64,000 bases of DNA from Actinomycetota bacterium (GTDB lineage Bacteria; Actinomycetota; Actinomycetes; Nanopelagicales; Nanopelagicaceae): positions 56,668 through 120,667 of the forward strand of contig JBJOFF010000002.1 of the NCBI GenBank assembly GCA_046048895.1. Direction: 5' to 3'. Made by a program: the position numbers and the translations under genes. Below are positions 10,606 through 21,837 of this stretch, one piece after another. Every line of letters begins with the position of its first letter. The first letter of the stretch is position 1. Under the pieces are notes generated by a model. The model had not been told where the DNA came from and ran no database searches. It worked only from the letters and a program-made list of their open reading frames with translations.

Positions 10606-12971
10606 CAACTCAAGCTGAAAAACCGGCAGTAGAAGCAGTAGAAATGATTTCATTAGTAATCGATGGATTCGAAGTTTCGGTTCCTAAAGGCACTTTGGTC
10701 ATTCGTGCTGCAGAGAAACTTGGAATTCAAATTCCACGTTTCTGCGATCATCCTCTGCTAGATCCAGTGGGAGCTTGTCGTCAATGTTTAGTGGACATCG
10801 AAATCAATGGTCGTAAATTCCCTAAGCCACAAGCTTCTTGCACCATTCCAGTAGAGCCAGGCATGATCGTAAATACTCAATTGACTTCTGAGGTTGCTGA
10901 TAAAGCACAGAAGGGCATCATGGAGTTCTTGCTGGTTAATCACCCGCTTGATTGCCCAGTTTGCGACAAGGGTGGCGAATGCCCGCTTCAAAACCAGGCT
11001 ATGTCTAATGGAAATGCTGAATCAAGATTTACTGGCTATAAGCGCACCTTTGAAAAGCCAATCAATATTTCATCTCAAGTTCTTTTAGATCGCGAACGTT
11101 GCGTTCTTTGTGCGCGCTGTACTCGTTTTGCAGATCAAATTGCTGGCGATCGATTCATTACTTTGAATCAACGTGGCGCGCTGCAGCAAGTTGGTATTTA
11201 CGAAGAGCAACCATTTGAATCATATTTCTCTGGAAATACAGTTCAGATCTGTCCAGTAGGTGCGCTAACAGGTGCGACATATCGTTTCCGCGCACGCCCA
11301 TTTGATTTAGTATCAACACCATCTGCTTGCGAACATTGTGCATCAGGTTGCGATATGCGCACAGACGTTCGTCGTGGCAAAACTCTCCGTCGCTTAGCTG
11401 GTGAAGATCCATCTGTAAACGAAGAGTGGAATTGCGATAAAGGTCGTTGGGCGTTTAAGTATGTAACAGCGCAAGATCGCATCACCACACCGCTAATTCG
11501 TAATGCAGCAGGTGAATTAGTTCCGGCTTCTTGGCCAGAGGCGCTCGAAGCTGCAGCGGCAGGTTTAACTGCAGGTCGTGCCGCAGTCCTAGTTGGTGGC
11601 CGCGCTACCGTTGAAGATGCATATGGTTATTCCAAGTTTGCTCGTGTAACTCTTGGCACCAATGACATTGATTTCCGCTCTCGTGTTTCAAGCGACGAAG
11701 AGCGCGCATTCTTTGCAAGTTCGGTAATCGGAAACCAAACCTCTTATCGTGATATTGATAGCGCAGATCAAGTAGTACTTGTGGCCTTCGAACCAGAAGA
11801 AGAATCACCAATAGTCTTCTTACGCATCAATAAAGCAACTCGCAAGAAGGGCTTGAAAGTCCATGCAGTGGCTTCGAAATTATCTATTGGCAATGAAAAA
11901 TTGAAAGCTAATTTCATCTGCGTGGCACCAGGTAATGAAGTATCTGGATTAGCCGGTCTTAACCTCACTCATAAGTCTGTAATTTTGGTAGGCGAACGAG
12001 CTGCCGAAACTGCAGGGCTATTAAGCGCAGTTGCTGGTCTTGCATCACGAAGTGGCGCAAAGCTTGCTTGGATTCCTCGTCGCGCAGGTGAACGTGGTGC
12101 CATCGAAGCTGGAGCAATTGCAAATCTACTTCCAGGTGGTCGCCCTGTTTCTGATACCGCTGCACGTGTTGATGTAGCGGCAGCTTGGGGAGTTCATGGT
12201 CTTCCTGAAGAGCGTGGATTATCAACCGATGAAATTTATGCAGCTGCAGCAAATGGCGAAATAAGCGCGCTATTAGTTGGAGGCGTTGATCCACTTGATG
12301 GCGCGAATTCAAAAGTGGCACTTGATGCATTGCAAAGCGCATTTGTGGTCTCACTTGAGATGCGACCTTCTGCAGTTACTGATCGCGCAAACGTGGTACT
12401 TCCGATTGCAGCAGTTGCAGAGAAGAGTGGAACTTTCTTAAATTGGGAAGGTCGCGGTCGTAGCTTTGAAATGGCAATCCCAGATTCATTGCAACGTAGC
12501 GATGTTCGTATTCTCTCTATTTTGGCAGATCAGATTGGTCGCAAGATTGGAATCTCAACTGTGGCACAAGCTGCTGCAGAGTTAAATTCAATCGGAATTT
12601 GGGATGGCGCAAAGGCTGAATTCGGTGGCGTTAATGCGGCAGCTGCACATTCTGTATCTGGTGATCAAGCAATTCTTACCTCTTGGCGCCGCTTGTTAGA
12701 TAGCGGTTCGCTACAAGATGGAGAAGCAAATCTTGCCGGCACTGCTCGTAAGACAGTGGCAGTAATTTCACCAAAGCGCGCTGCTGCAATCGGTGTTAAA
12801 GACGGCGAATTAGTGAAGATTTCAAATAACAATGGCGCAGTAGTGCTGCCGGTGTTAATTGAAGCGATTCACGATGATGCAGTTTGGGCGCCACGTAATT
12901 CAGCTGGTTCTGAATTGCTACGCACTTTAGGAGTGGCATCTAATTCAGTAGTAACGGTGGTAAAGGCATGA
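10602..12971 (+). CDS. nuoG: NADH-quinone oxidoreductase subunit G
   Basis: [32 protein letters not shown] and [10 protein letters not shown], followed by a molybdopterin-like C-terminal domain. 789 aa. Confidence 0.95.
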   Translation: MTTQAEKPAVEAVEMISLVIDGFEVSVPKGTLVIRAAEKLGIQIPRFCDHPLLDPVGACRQCLVDIEINGRKFPKPQASCTIPVEPGMIVNTQLTSEVADKAQKGIMEFLLVNHPLDCPVCDKGGECPLQNQAMSNGNAESRFTGYKRTFEKPINISSQVLLDRERCVLCARCTRFADQIAGDRFITLNQRGALQQVGIYEEQPFESYFSGNTVQICPVGALTGATYRFRARPFDLVSTPSACEHCASGCDMRTDVRRGKTLRRLAGEDPSVNEEWNCDKGRWAFKYVTAQDRITTPLIRNAAGELVPASWPEALEAAAAGLTAGRAAVLVGGRATVEDAYGYSKFARVTLGTNDIDFRSRVSSDEERAFFASSVIGNQTSYRDIDSADQVVLVAFEPEEESPIVFLRINKATRKKGLKVHAVASKLSIGNEKLKANFICVAPGNEVSGLAGLNLTHKSVILVGERAAETAGLLSAVAGLASRSGAKLAWIPRRAGERGAIEAGAIANLLPGGRPVSDTAARVDVAAAWGVHGLPEERGLSTDEIYAAAANGEISALLVGGVDPLDGANSKVALDALQSAFVVSLEMRPSAVTDRANVVLPIAAVAEKSGTFLNWEGRGRSFEMAIPDSLQRSDVRILSILADQIGRKIGISTVAQAAAELNSIGIWDGAKAEFGGVNAAAAHSVSGDQAILTSWRRLLDSGSLQDGEANLAGTARKTVAVISPKRAAAIGVKDGELVKISNNNGAVVLPVLIEAIHDDAVWAPRNSAGSELLRTLGVASNSVVTVVKA

Positions 12972-14197
12972 ACACAATGACAAATGCGCAATTAATTGCA
13001 GGAGATCCTGGTTGGTTAATTGCAATTAAAGCAGTACTGACTTTTGCAGTGCTAGTGGTCTTTACCTTGTTAGCTATCTGGTGGGAGCGTCGCTTCATTG
13101 GCTTTATGCAGGAACGTCCAGGACCTAACCGAACTGGCCCACAGGGTTTACTGCAATCTCTTGCAGACGGAATTAAATTGGCGCTTAAGGAAGACATCAT
13201 TCCGAAAGCAGCCGACAAAGTTGTATTTATTCTGGCGCCGATTATCAGCGCTGCCACTTGCTTTATGTCATTTGCAGTTATGCCGATGACCGGTGAAGTA
13301 AAGATGTTTGGACAGACCACTGCGATGCAGATGACGGATCTTCCAATTGGCGTGCTTTATGTATTAGCAGTGGCATCAGTTGGTGTTTACGGAATTGTGC
13401 TCGCTGGTTGGTCTTCAGGATCAACTTATCCACTACTAGGTGGACTTCGCTCCAGCGCACAGGTCATTTCTTATGAAGTAGCAATGGGACTTTCATTAGT
13501 TGCCATCTTCATCTACTCAGGTTCTATGTCAACTGGTGACATTGTTGCAGCACAGAACAAGTGGTGGAACGTAGTTGTGCTCTTCCCATCATTTGTTATC
13601 TATTTAATTTCAATGATTGGCGAAACCAACCGTGCGCCATTCGATTTAGCTGAAGCCGAAGGCGAACTAGTTGGTGGATTCCATACAGAATATTCATCAC
13701 TTAAATTTGCGCTCTTCTTCTTAGGCGAATACATCAATATTGCAACGGTATCTGCGCTAGCTACTACCTTGTTCTTCGGCGGATATAGAGCGCTACCTGG
13801 GCTTGGATTTACTGAGCAGTGGTTAGGTGGCTGGTTTGGCATGGTCTGGTTCTTTGCCAAAGTCTGTTTCTTCTTCAATATTTTCGTATGGGTTCGCGCA
13901 ACCTTACCGCGCATTCGTTACGACCAATTCATGAAGTTCGGTTGGAAAATATTGATTCCATCATCACTGCTCTGGATTATCGTGGTGGCAACACTCCGTG
14001 CGCTCTCTGCAAATGGCGCTTCAAGGTTTGTCGTCGCCGGTTTTGCAGGTGGCGTAGTTCTGTTAGTTATGGCGCTTAGCTCTGCATGGGATAAATCCAA
14101 AGTGCGCTCCAAGATTCAACCTGAATTTGAAGTTAACGAACCAAGTTTCCCGGTTCCTAAGATTCCGAATAAGTCATCGAATGCGGAGGTTCTGTAA
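12968..14197 (+). CDS. nuoH: NADH-quinone oxidoreductase subunit H
   Basis: Polytopic ND1-type protein with blocks [36 protein letters not shown] and RYDQ. Confidence 0.95.
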   Translation: MNTMTNAQLIAGDPGWLIAIKAVLTFAVLVVFTLLAIWWERRFIGFMQERPGPNRTGPQGLLQSLADGIKLALKEDIIPKAADKVVFILAPIISAATCFMSFAVMPMTGEVKMFGQTTAMQMTDLPIGVLYVLAVASVGVYGIVLAGWSSGSTYPLLGGLRSSAQVISYEVAMGLSLVAIFIYSGSMSTGDIVAAQNKWWNVVVLFPSFVIYLISMIGETNRAPFDLAEAEGELVGGFHTEYSSLKFALFFLGEYINIATVSALATTLFFGGYRALPGLGFTEQWLGGWFGMVWFFAKVCFFFNIFVWVRATLPRIRYDQFMKFGWKILIPSSLLWIIVVATLRALSANGASRFVVAGFAGGVVLLVMALSSAWDKSKVRSKIQPEFEVNEPSFPVPKIPNKSSNAEVL

Positions 14198-14818
14198 ATG
14201 TCAGAGAGATCAGAGATGGAACCAAAGAAATTTGATATCGATAAAGTAACAACCGCTCCAGTCCCTCCTGCACGCGAAGGATCACTTATTGAGCAGGCAA
14301 AAGGTTTCTGGGTAACGATTCGCAACATCGGTCGCCCAAGAATCACGGTTGAGTATCCAGAAGTTAAAGCGCCAACTGAAGAACGTTTTCATGGTCGTCA
14401 TCAATTAAATCGCCATCCAGATGGACTCGAGAAGTGCATCGGCTGCGAACTCTGCGCATGGGCATGCCCAGCAGATGCAATTTATGTAGAGGGCGCAGAT
14501 AACACCGAAGAGGCGCGCTTCTCTCCGGGTGAGCGTTACGGCAAGGTTTATCAGATTAATTATCTTCGCTGCATTTTCTGCGGACTTTGCATTGAAGCTT
14601 GCCCTACTCGTGCGCTAACTATGACTAATGAATATGAATTAGCAGATCGCACTCGCGATAAATTGATCTTTGAAAAAGAGGATTTGTTAGCACCGCTTCG
14701 TAGCGGCATGTTGCAGCCTCCGCACCCGATGTATCCAGGTACCGATGAAGGCGATTATTACCGCGGCCAAGTTACCGAAGCGCATGCCTCCCAAGATAGA
14801 AACCAGGGGGCCAATTAA
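14198..14818 (+). CDS. nuoI: NADH-quinone oxidoreductase subunit I (2x4Fe-4S ferredoxin)
   Basis: [12 protein letters not shown] and [12 protein letters not shown]. Confidence 0.95.
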   Translation: MSERSEMEPKKFDIDKVTTAPVPPAREGSLIEQAKGFWVTIRNIGRPRITVEYPEVKAPTEERFHGRHQLNRHPDGLEKCIGCELCAWACPADAIYVEGADNTEEARFSPGERYGKVYQINYLRCIFCGLCIEACPTRALTMTNEYELADRTRDKLIFEKEDLLAPLRSGMLQPPHPMYPGTDEGDYYRGQVTEAHASQDRNQGAN

Positions 14819-15618
14819 TGTCTATTGCTTTAAAACTAGCGGAAAATATCGGAACTACCGGCACCCCAGAAGCGGTTCAGTTCTATGTTTTAGCTCCGTT
14901 AGCAATTGCAGCTGCACTCGGGATGCTCTTAGTTAAGAAAGCAGTGCACTCTGCAATCTTGATGGCATTCGTGATGTTGATTTTGGCATTCTTCTACATT
15001 GCGCAAGATGCGCCATTCTTGGGAATTGTGCAGATTGTGGTTTACACCGGCGCAGTCATGATGCTCTTCTTGTTCATTTTGATGTTGGTTGGTGTTGATT
15101 CGAAAGATTCTTTAGTAGAAACAATTAAAGGTATTCGCTTTATTGCAATCACTTCATCACTTGGAATTGGAACACTCTTAGTAGTGTTAATCAGCAAAGC
15201 CACTATTGGTTTTCAAGCAGTTGGTTTAGCTGGTGCAAATGCCGACGGCAACGTACAGGCAATTGCTTACAAATTATTCTCAACTTATGTCTGGGCATTC
15301 GAAGTGGTATCTGCGCTTTTAATTACTGCCGCAGTTGGTGCGATGGTTTTGGCGCATAGCCAAAGAGTTTCGCCACGACCTACACAACGAGAAATGGCGG
15401 TACGCCGTTTCCGTGGTGAAAGCCTTAGTGATGCTGCAGGCAAACCTGCCCCAGGTGTCTTTGCGCGATACAACGGCGTAGATGTACCCGCTCTACTTCC
15501 AGATGGATCGCCGGCTGTCGAATCAATTAATGACACTTTGAAGGCGCGCGGAGCAATCCGTGATCCACGCGAATATTCATTAAAAGAAATTTCCAACAAT
15601 GAAGGAGAGGAGCGCTAA
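14818..15618 (+). CDS. nuoJ: NADH-quinone oxidoreductase subunit J (with hydrophilic C-terminal extension)
   Basis: ND6-type TM core (VQIVVYTGAVMMLFLF) plus a ~90 aa charged tail. TAATG junction. Confidence 0.9.
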   Translation: MSIALKLAENIGTTGTPEAVQFYVLAPLAIAAALGMLLVKKAVHSAILMAFVMLILAFFYIAQDAPFLGIVQIVVYTGAVMMLFLFILMLVGVDSKDSLVETIKGIRFIAITSSLGIGTLLVVLISKATIGFQAVGLAGANADGNVQAIAYKLFSTYVWAFEVVSALLITAAVGAMVLAHSQRVSPRPTQREMAVRRFRGESLSDAAGKPAPGVFARYNGVDVPALLPDGSPAVESINDTLKARGAIRDPREYSLKEISNNEGEER

Positions 15619-15918
15619 ATGAATCCAATGAATTATCTCTACGTCGCTTCAATTCTCTTCACTATTGGCGCAGTTGGAGTTGTGGTGCGCCGCAATGCCA
15701 TTGTGGTCTTTATGTGCATCGAGCTAATGCTCAATGCTGCAAATTTAGCTTTTGTAACTTTCGCTCGAATCAACGGAAATATCGAAGGGCAAGTTGTGGC
15801 CTTCTTTACGATGGTGATTGCAGCATGCGAAGTGGTAATTGGTCTGGCGATTATCGTGATGATTTATCGCTCCCGTCGATCTGCATCTGTTGATGATGCA
15901 AGTTTGTTGAGTCGATAA
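15619..15918 (+). CDS. nuoK: NADH-quinone oxidoreductase subunit K
   Basis: A 99 aa, 3-TM ND4L-type protein ([24 protein letters not shown]). Confidence 0.95.
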   Translation: MNPMNYLYVASILFTIGAVGVVVRRNAIVVFMCIELMLNAANLAFVTFARINGNIEGQVVAFFTMVIAACEVVIGLAIIVMIYRSRRSASVDDASLLSR

Positions 15919-17798
15919 TGATTGGATATTTAATAGGTCTTCCGCTGCTTGGTGCTGCGTTACTTCTTCTAGGCGGACGTCGTACTGATAAGTGGGGACA
16001 CTTACTGGCTACCGTGCTTTCAGGTTCATCATTTGCCCTTGGCTTAAAGCTGTTCAACGATATGTTGGCGCTACCCACTGAAGATCGCGCAATGCATCAG
16101 AAGTTATTTACTTGGATTCACGTAGGTGGCTTCCATGTTGATGCCGGCTTACTTCTAGATCAGCTCTCAATCTGTTTCGTATTGTTAATTACCGGCGTCG
16201 GCACTTTGATTCACATCTATTCAATTTCATATATGTCTCATGATCTTGATCGTCGTCGCTTCTTTGCCTACCTAAATCTTTTCATCGCATCGATGTTGCT
16301 ATTGGTACTAGGTGATTCATACTTAAATCTTTATGTGGGCTGGGAAGGCGTGGGCCTTGCTTCATACCTGCTTATTGGATTCTGGAATCAGAAGCCGGCA
16401 TATGCAACCGCTGCCAAGAAAGCTTTCGTTATGAACCGCATTGGCGATATGGGACTCTCGTTTGCCATCATGATTGCATTCGTAACTTTCGGTGCAATCT
16501 CATTTGAAGAGGTTGAGAAGCACGCACACCATGCATCAACTGCTGCGCTAACAGCAATCGGCATCATGCTATTAATTGCCGCGATGGGTAAGTCAGCACA
16601 GTTCCCATTACAAGCTTGGCTTGGCGATGCGATGGCTGGCCCAACCCCAGTCTCCGCTTTGATTCACGCCGCGACCATGGTTACTGCTGGCGTTTATTTA
16701 ATTACTCGCTCAAATTTCATCTTTGATCTGGCACCTAATGCGCAGACTGCAGTTGCAGTAGTTGGTGCAATTACGCTGCTCTTTGGTGCTTTAGTTGGTA
16801 CTGCTAAAGATGATATTAAGAAAGCGCTTGCTGCTTCGACAATGTCACAGATTGGCTACATGATTTTGGGTGCGGGCCTTGGCCCAGCAGGTTATGCATT
16901 TGCAATCATGCACCTTCTTACTCATGGTTTCTTTAAAGCCGGTATGTTCCTCGGCGCAGGTTCCGTGATGCATGGCATGAACGATGAAGTAAATATGCGT
17001 AAATTCGGTGGGCTACGAAAGTTCATGCCAATTACAGCGCTGACTTTTGGTCTTGGCTATTTAGCAATTATTGGAGTACCACCATTTGCTGGTTTCTATT
17101 CAAAAGATAAGTTGATTGAAACTGCGCTAAATGCTGGTGGTATTAAAGGATATTTACTTGGTGGTGCGGCGCTACTTGGCGCTGCGATTACCGCTTTCTA
17201 TATGTCACGTGTAGTAATCCTGACTTTCTTTAGCAAGCAACGTTGGGATGCAAATGCACATCCACATGAATCCCCAATTTTGATGTGGCTGCCTATGGCG
17301 ATTTTGGCAATTGGTTCCGTTACCTCTGGCTATCTATTTACCAAAGGCGATGCGCTGCAAAATTGGTTAAATCCAGTAGTGGCAAAACATCATGATGTCG
17401 AACACCATCATGAATTACTGCCGCCATTAACTGTAAGTTTGCTTGCACTTGCATTGGTTGCAATTGGTGTTGCAGTAGCGATAATCAAATATCGCGCTGA
17501 AAGCAATCCGAATACTCCAGAGAATGTCTCAATCTTTACCCGAATTGCGCGTAAGGATTTGATGCAGGATGCATTTAACGAAGCGGTATTTATGCGTCCA
17601 GGACAAGCACTGACCAATTCATTAGTTGCAGTTGATGAGAAGATCATCGACGGGGCAGTAAATAGTGTTGGCGCTGGCGCAGTTGGTTCTGGTCAATTAC
17701 TTCGTAAATTGCAGACCGGATTTGTCCGTAGCTATGCCGCACTGATGTTGGTCGGTATTGCACTTCTACTTCTTGCGATCTGGGTGGTTACACAATGA
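15918..17798 (+). CDS. nuoL: NADH-quinone oxidoreductase subunit L
   Basis: A 626 aa antiporter-like subunit ([52 protein letters not shown]). Confidence 0.95.
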   Translation: MIGYLIGLPLLGAALLLLGGRRTDKWGHLLATVLSGSSFALGLKLFNDMLALPTEDRAMHQKLFTWIHVGGFHVDAGLLLDQLSICFVLLITGVGTLIHIYSISYMSHDLDRRRFFAYLNLFIASMLLLVLGDSYLNLYVGWEGVGLASYLLIGFWNQKPAYATAAKKAFVMNRIGDMGLSFAIMIAFVTFGAISFEEVEKHAHHASTAALTAIGIMLLIAAMGKSAQFPLQAWLGDAMAGPTPVSALIHAATMVTAGVYLITRSNFIFDLAPNAQTAVAVVGAITLLFGALVGTAKDDIKKALAASTMSQIGYMILGAGLGPAGYAFAIMHLLTHGFFKAGMFLGAGSVMHGMNDEVNMRKFGGLRKFMPITALTFGLGYLAIIGVPPFAGFYSKDKLIETALNAGGIKGYLLGGAALLGAAITAFYMSRVVILTFFSKQRWDANAHPHESPILMWLPMAILAIGSVTSGYLFTKGDALQNWLNPVVAKHHDVEHHHELLPPLTVSLLALALVAIGVAVAIIKYRAESNPNTPENVSIFTRIARKDLMQDAFNEAVFMRPGQALTNSLVAVDEKIIDGAVNSVGAGAVGSGQLLRKLQTGFVRSYAALMLVGIALLLLAIWVVTQ

Positions 17799-19315
17799 GT
17801 CTCTTAACAATTTTAGGTTTGCTTCCATTAGCGGGAGCAGCGCTCATTGCCACAACTGGCAAAGGTAAAGATCTCTTAGTTAAGCAGATGGCATTGGCCA
17901 CAACTTTGGTGGTAGCGGTTGCCGGAATCGTTATGGCGCTCGGATTTGATCGCAGCGATGCGGGTCTGCAATTCGTAGAGAAGCGCGCGTGGATTCCAGC
18001 TTTCGGTATTAACTACGCAGTTGGAATTGATGGCATTGCGCTAGTTTTAATCTTGATGTCAGTGATTCTGGCGCCGGTGGTTGTGCTTGCTGGTTGGAAT
18101 GAAGCTACTGGCGGACGTTGGTCAGTGAAGACTTTCTACATTCTGATATTGGTACTTGAGACCATGATGATCGGAGTCTTTGCCGCGACCGATGTCTTCT
18201 TGTTCTACGTCTTCTTCGAAGCCATGTTGGTTCCGGTCTATTTCTTAATTGGTGGCTACGGCACCGGCGAACGTGCTCAGGCAGCAGTTAAGTTCTTGCT
18301 CTACAGCCTTTTCGGTGGATTATTAATGTTGGCCTCAATCATCGGTCTATATGTAATTGCAGGATCTCAAGTAGGTCGCACCTTTGATATTGGCGCACTT
18401 TCAACTCTGCAAATTTCATCATCAACGCAGAATTGGTTATTCCTAGGATTCTTTATTGCCTTTGCAATCAAAGCGCCACTATGGCCATTTCACACTTGGC
18501 TACCGGATGCGGCAAATTCTGCAACCCCAGGAACTTCAGTTCTGCTACTTGGTGTATTAGATAAAGTCGGAACTTTTGGAATGATTCGTTACTGCTTAAC
18601 TCTCTTCCCAGAGGCAACCAAAACTTTCACTCCAGTTATTTTGACGCTCTCAGTAATTTCGATTATTTATGGAGCGATTTTGGCAATTGGGCAGAGGGAC
18701 ATTAAGCGATTGATTGCATTTACATCGATCTCTCACTTTGGTTTTATCACCATGGGAATCTTCGCAATGACATCACAAGGTCATAGCGGAGCCACTCTTT
18801 ATATGTTCAATCACGGCTTCTCAACGGCAGCGCTATTTCTGGTTGCAGGTTGGATGGCATCACGTCGCGGTTCATCAACTATTTCGGACTTTGGTGGGCT
18901 GCAGAGAATTACTCCAATCATGGCGTGGTCCTTCTTTATCGCAGGCATGTCTTCACTAGCGCTTCCTGGACTATCTAGCTTCGTAAGTGAATTCTTAGTA
19001 CTAGTTGGCACATTTACGCGTTATCCAGTGGCGGCCATTCTTGCGACTTTCGGAATCGTTTTAGCGGCGCTTTACATTTTGATTCCAGTTCAGAAGGCGT
19101 TACATGGGCCTACTACGCCAGGAAATGAAAACCTTTCTGACTTAAACCTTCGTGAAAAAATTGCAATTGCTCCGGTGATGGCAATCATCATTGCACTTGG
19201 TTTCTTCCCAGCACCTTTATTGAACATTATTAATCCAGCAGCGCAAGCAACAATTTCTGCACTTGGATTTAGCGATCCAGCACCATCGATTGATTCGTCA
19301 GGGGAGAACAAATGA
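17795..19315 (+). CDS. nuoM: NADH-quinone oxidoreductase subunit M
   Basis: Antiporter-like subunit ([32 protein letters not shown]). ATGA overlap with nuoL. Confidence 0.95.
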   Translation: MSLLTILGLLPLAGAALIATTGKGKDLLVKQMALATTLVVAVAGIVMALGFDRSDAGLQFVEKRAWIPAFGINYAVGIDGIALVLILMSVILAPVVVLAGWNEATGGRWSVKTFYILILVLETMMIGVFAATDVFLFYVFFEAMLVPVYFLIGGYGTGERAQAAVKFLLYSLFGGLLMLASIIGLYVIAGSQVGRTFDIGALSTLQISSSTQNWLFLGFFIAFAIKAPLWPFHTWLPDAANSATPGTSVLLLGVLDKVGTFGMIRYCLTLFPEATKTFTPVILTLSVISIIYGAILAIGQRDIKRLIAFTSISHFGFITMGIFAMTSQGHSGATLYMFNHGFSTAALFLVAGWMASRRGSSTISDFGGLQRITPIMAWSFFIAGMSSLALPGLSSFVSEFLVLVGTFTRYPVAAILATFGIVLAALYILIPVQKALHGPTTPGNENLSDLNLREKIAIAPVMAIIIALGFFPAPLLNIINPAAQATISALGFSDPAPSIDSSGENK

Positions 19316-20832
19316 GTGGCTTCATTTCGCCAGTACTTAACTACGCAATTCTGGCACCAATCATTATTGTCTTGGCTGGTGCAATTATTGGAATTTTGGT
19401 GGAAGCTTTCGCGCCTCGTCAAAAGCGCGCAACCACTCAATTAATTAACACCTCTGCAACATTGGTTATTTCATTAGTAGCGGTAATTGCTAATCGTGGC
19501 AAAGAGTCAATAGATGCCGCAGGTGGTTCAATTGCATTTGATGGCGCAGCATTCTTAATGCAGATCTCAATTCTCTTAATTGCAATTGTGGCAACGTTAT
19601 TACTTGCGGACGAGAAGAATTTCACTGCAGTGGCATCATCATTGCCTGGTTCAAAGGAAGAGGTAGAAGCATCAGCTGCGGGACTTCGCGTAACTGAGGT
19701 TTATCCATTATTCCTCTTCTCAATCGCGGGAATGTTGCTCTTTCCGGTTTCTACCGATCTCATTACGCTCTTCGTAGCGCTGGAAATGCTCTCATTGCCA
19801 CTTTATTTGATGACTGGACTCTCTCGTCGTCGACGTTTGATGTCGCAAGAAGCTGCGCTTAAGTACTTCTTATTGGGTGCATTTGCATCGGCATTCTTCT
19901 TATTTGGAGCTGCTTTCCTATATGGCGCATCTGCAAGTATTACTTTGGGCGGCATTCGCCAAGCAGTAGTAGGTGCAACTGGAAATAACGTCTTCCTATT
20001 AATCGGCATCGTATTTCTATCTGCGGGTCTGTTATTCAAAGTTGGTGCGGTGCCATTTCACGCTTGGACACCAGATGTTTATCAGGGTGCTCCAACTCCA
20101 ATCACTGCTTTTATGGCAGCGGCAACGAAGATTGCAGCCTTTGGTGCGATGCTTCGCATCTTCTATGTATCACTAGCTAACGCAGAGTGGTCTTGGCGCC
20201 CATTTGTAATGGTTATTTCGATTATCACCATGGCTCTAGGTTCATTAGTTGCGATTGCGCAGCGAGATGTAAAGCGCATGTTGGCCTATTCATCAATAGC
20301 ACACGCTGGATTCTTATTGACTGGTGTTTATGCACTTAGCCAGAATGGTTTAAGCGCAACCATCTTCTATTTGGCGACTTACGGATTAACCACAGTTGGC
20401 GCCTTTGCAATTGTGACTTTGATTCGTGATTCAAGTGGTGAAGTAACAGATCTAAATCGCTGGGCCGGACTTGCGAAGCGCTCACCTCTCGTAGCTACGC
20501 TATTTGCTGCATATTTACTTGGCTTCGCTGGAATTCCATTAACTGCAGGTTTTATTGGAAAGTTCTCCATCTTCTCTGCAGCTTACGAAGCAGGCGGCAC
20601 CTGGTTAGTTATTGCTGGCGTACTTTCATCCGCAGTTGCAGCTTTCTTCTACATTCGCGTTATCGTGTTGATGTTCTTTAAAGATGCGGCTGAAGATGGC
20701 ACAACCGTGGTTATTCCAACTCTGCTTACTCGAAGCGTCGTGGTAATAAGTGGAATTACAACCATTCTCTTTGGTGTCTTCCCGCAACCGCTAATTAACT
20801 TCATCAACACTTATGCCAGCTTTATTCGATGA
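19312..20832 (+). CDS. nuoN: NADH-quinone oxidoreductase subunit N
   Basis: Antiporter-like subunit (LEMLSLPLYLM, FKVGAVPFHAWTPDVYQGAPTP). It is the last nuo gene. Confidence 0.95.
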   Translation: MSGFISPVLNYAILAPIIIVLAGAIIGILVEAFAPRQKRATTQLINTSATLVISLVAVIANRGKESIDAAGGSIAFDGAAFLMQISILLIAIVATLLLADEKNFTAVASSLPGSKEEVEASAAGLRVTEVYPLFLFSIAGMLLFPVSTDLITLFVALEMLSLPLYLMTGLSRRRRLMSQEAALKYFLLGAFASAFFLFGAAFLYGASASITLGGIRQAVVGATGNNVFLLIGIVFLSAGLLFKVGAVPFHAWTPDVYQGAPTPITAFMAAATKIAAFGAMLRIFYVSLANAEWSWRPFVMVISIITMALGSLVAIAQRDVKRMLAYSSIAHAGFLLTGVYALSQNGLSATIFYLATYGLTTVGAFAIVTLIRDSSGEVTDLNRWAGLAKRSPLVATLFAAYLLGFAGIPLTAGFIGKFSIFSAAYEAGGTWLVIAGVLSSAVAAFFYIRVIVLMFFKDAAEDGTTVVIPTLLTRSVVVISGITTILFGVFPQPLINFINTYASFIR

Positions 20833-20848
20833 ATTAAGCTGATTAAAA

Positions 20849-21835
20849 ATGTCTGCCTTCGCCCTTCCAAGCTTGTCGCCAGAACTTGAGGCGACCATTG
20901 CTGCAGGTTTGGCAGAGACGGAAACGATTCTTAATCAGCGCATCGAAGGCAAGTATTTATTTGCTAATGAAACGGCAAGACATTTAGTAGTCGCTGGAGG
21001 AAAGAGATTCCGTCCACTAATTACTATTTTGGGCGCGTTAGTTGGCGAAGGAATAAATCAAAATGTCATCAAAGCAGCCGCAGTCTGCGAACTAACGCAT
21101 TTAGCTACGCTCTATCACGATGATGTAATGGATGAAGCGCCACTTCGTCGCGGCGTAGAGAGCGCCAATAGTCGCTGGGGCAATTCAGTTGCCATCCTCA
21201 CTGGAGATTATCTCTTCGCCAAAATGTCCCAGATTCTGGCCGAACTAGGCCCAGAAGCAGTGAAATTACAGGCAGATACCTTCGAAAGATTAGTAATCGG
21301 CCAGATTTTAGAGACGCAAGGACCAGGTTCTTCGGATCCGTTGGAACATTATCTGCAAGTAGTAGCAGATAAAACTGGGTCACTAATTGCAACATCGCTG
21401 CGCTTTGGATCTATGTTTGCAGGTTGCACTAGAGCAGAGATTGAAACTTTAACTGAATTTGGCGAGAAAATTGGCATCGCATTTCAATTAGCTGATGACA
21501 TTATTGATATTGCAAGTGATTCACTTGATTCTGGAAAGACGCCGGGTACAGATTTACGAGAAGGAATCCCAACTCTAGTTACCTTAAATGCGATGAAATC
21601 AAATGATCCAAAAGATGCATCTTTGAAATTGGCGCTCTCTGGCCCAATAAAGTCAGAAGAGAAAGTGCAGTGGGTAATTCAAGAACTTCGCAATCATAAA
21701 GCGATGACTGAATCTAGATTGCAATTGCAGACAATAGCTAAGGAAGCGAGAGCTGCTCTAGGGCCATTACAAATTAGCGAGACCAGTACTGCGCTTTATT
21801 CTTTATGTGATTTAGTGATTGACCGAGTAGGGTAA
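20849..21835 (+). CDS. trans-polyprenyl diphosphate synthase (menaquinone side-chain synthase type)
   Basis: Two Asp-rich motifs, LYHDDVMDE and FQLADDIIDI, plus GKRFRP. It starts 17 nt after nuoN. Confidence 0.85.
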   Translation: MSAFALPSLSPELEATIAAGLAETETILNQRIEGKYLFANETARHLVVAGGKRFRPLITILGALVGEGINQNVIKAAAVCELTHLATLYHDDVMDEAPLRRGVESANSRWGNSVAILTGDYLFAKMSQILAELGPEAVKLQADTFERLVIGQILETQGPGSSDPLEHYLQVVADKTGSLIATSLRFGSMFAGCTRAEIETLTEFGEKIGIAFQLADDIIDIASDSLDSGKTPGTDLREGIPTLVTLNAMKSNDPKDASLKLALSGPIKSEEKVQWVIQELRNHKAMTESRLQLQTIAKEARAALGPLQISETSTALYSLCDLVIDRVG

Positions 21836-21837
21836 AA

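Noticed and set aside
10788-12354. Several 64-129 aa ORFs on both strands inside nuoG (for example 11965..12354, minus strand).
   Set aside because: They are embedded in a well-supported 789 aa NuoG frame, and their translations are compositionally odd (His/Gln/Leu/Arg runs). They are shadow ORFs.
13310-13324. An operator-like GGACAGACCACTGCG inside nuoH.
   Set aside because: It matches only the right half-site, lacks the left arm and lies deep in a coding sequence, so it is probably a chance match.
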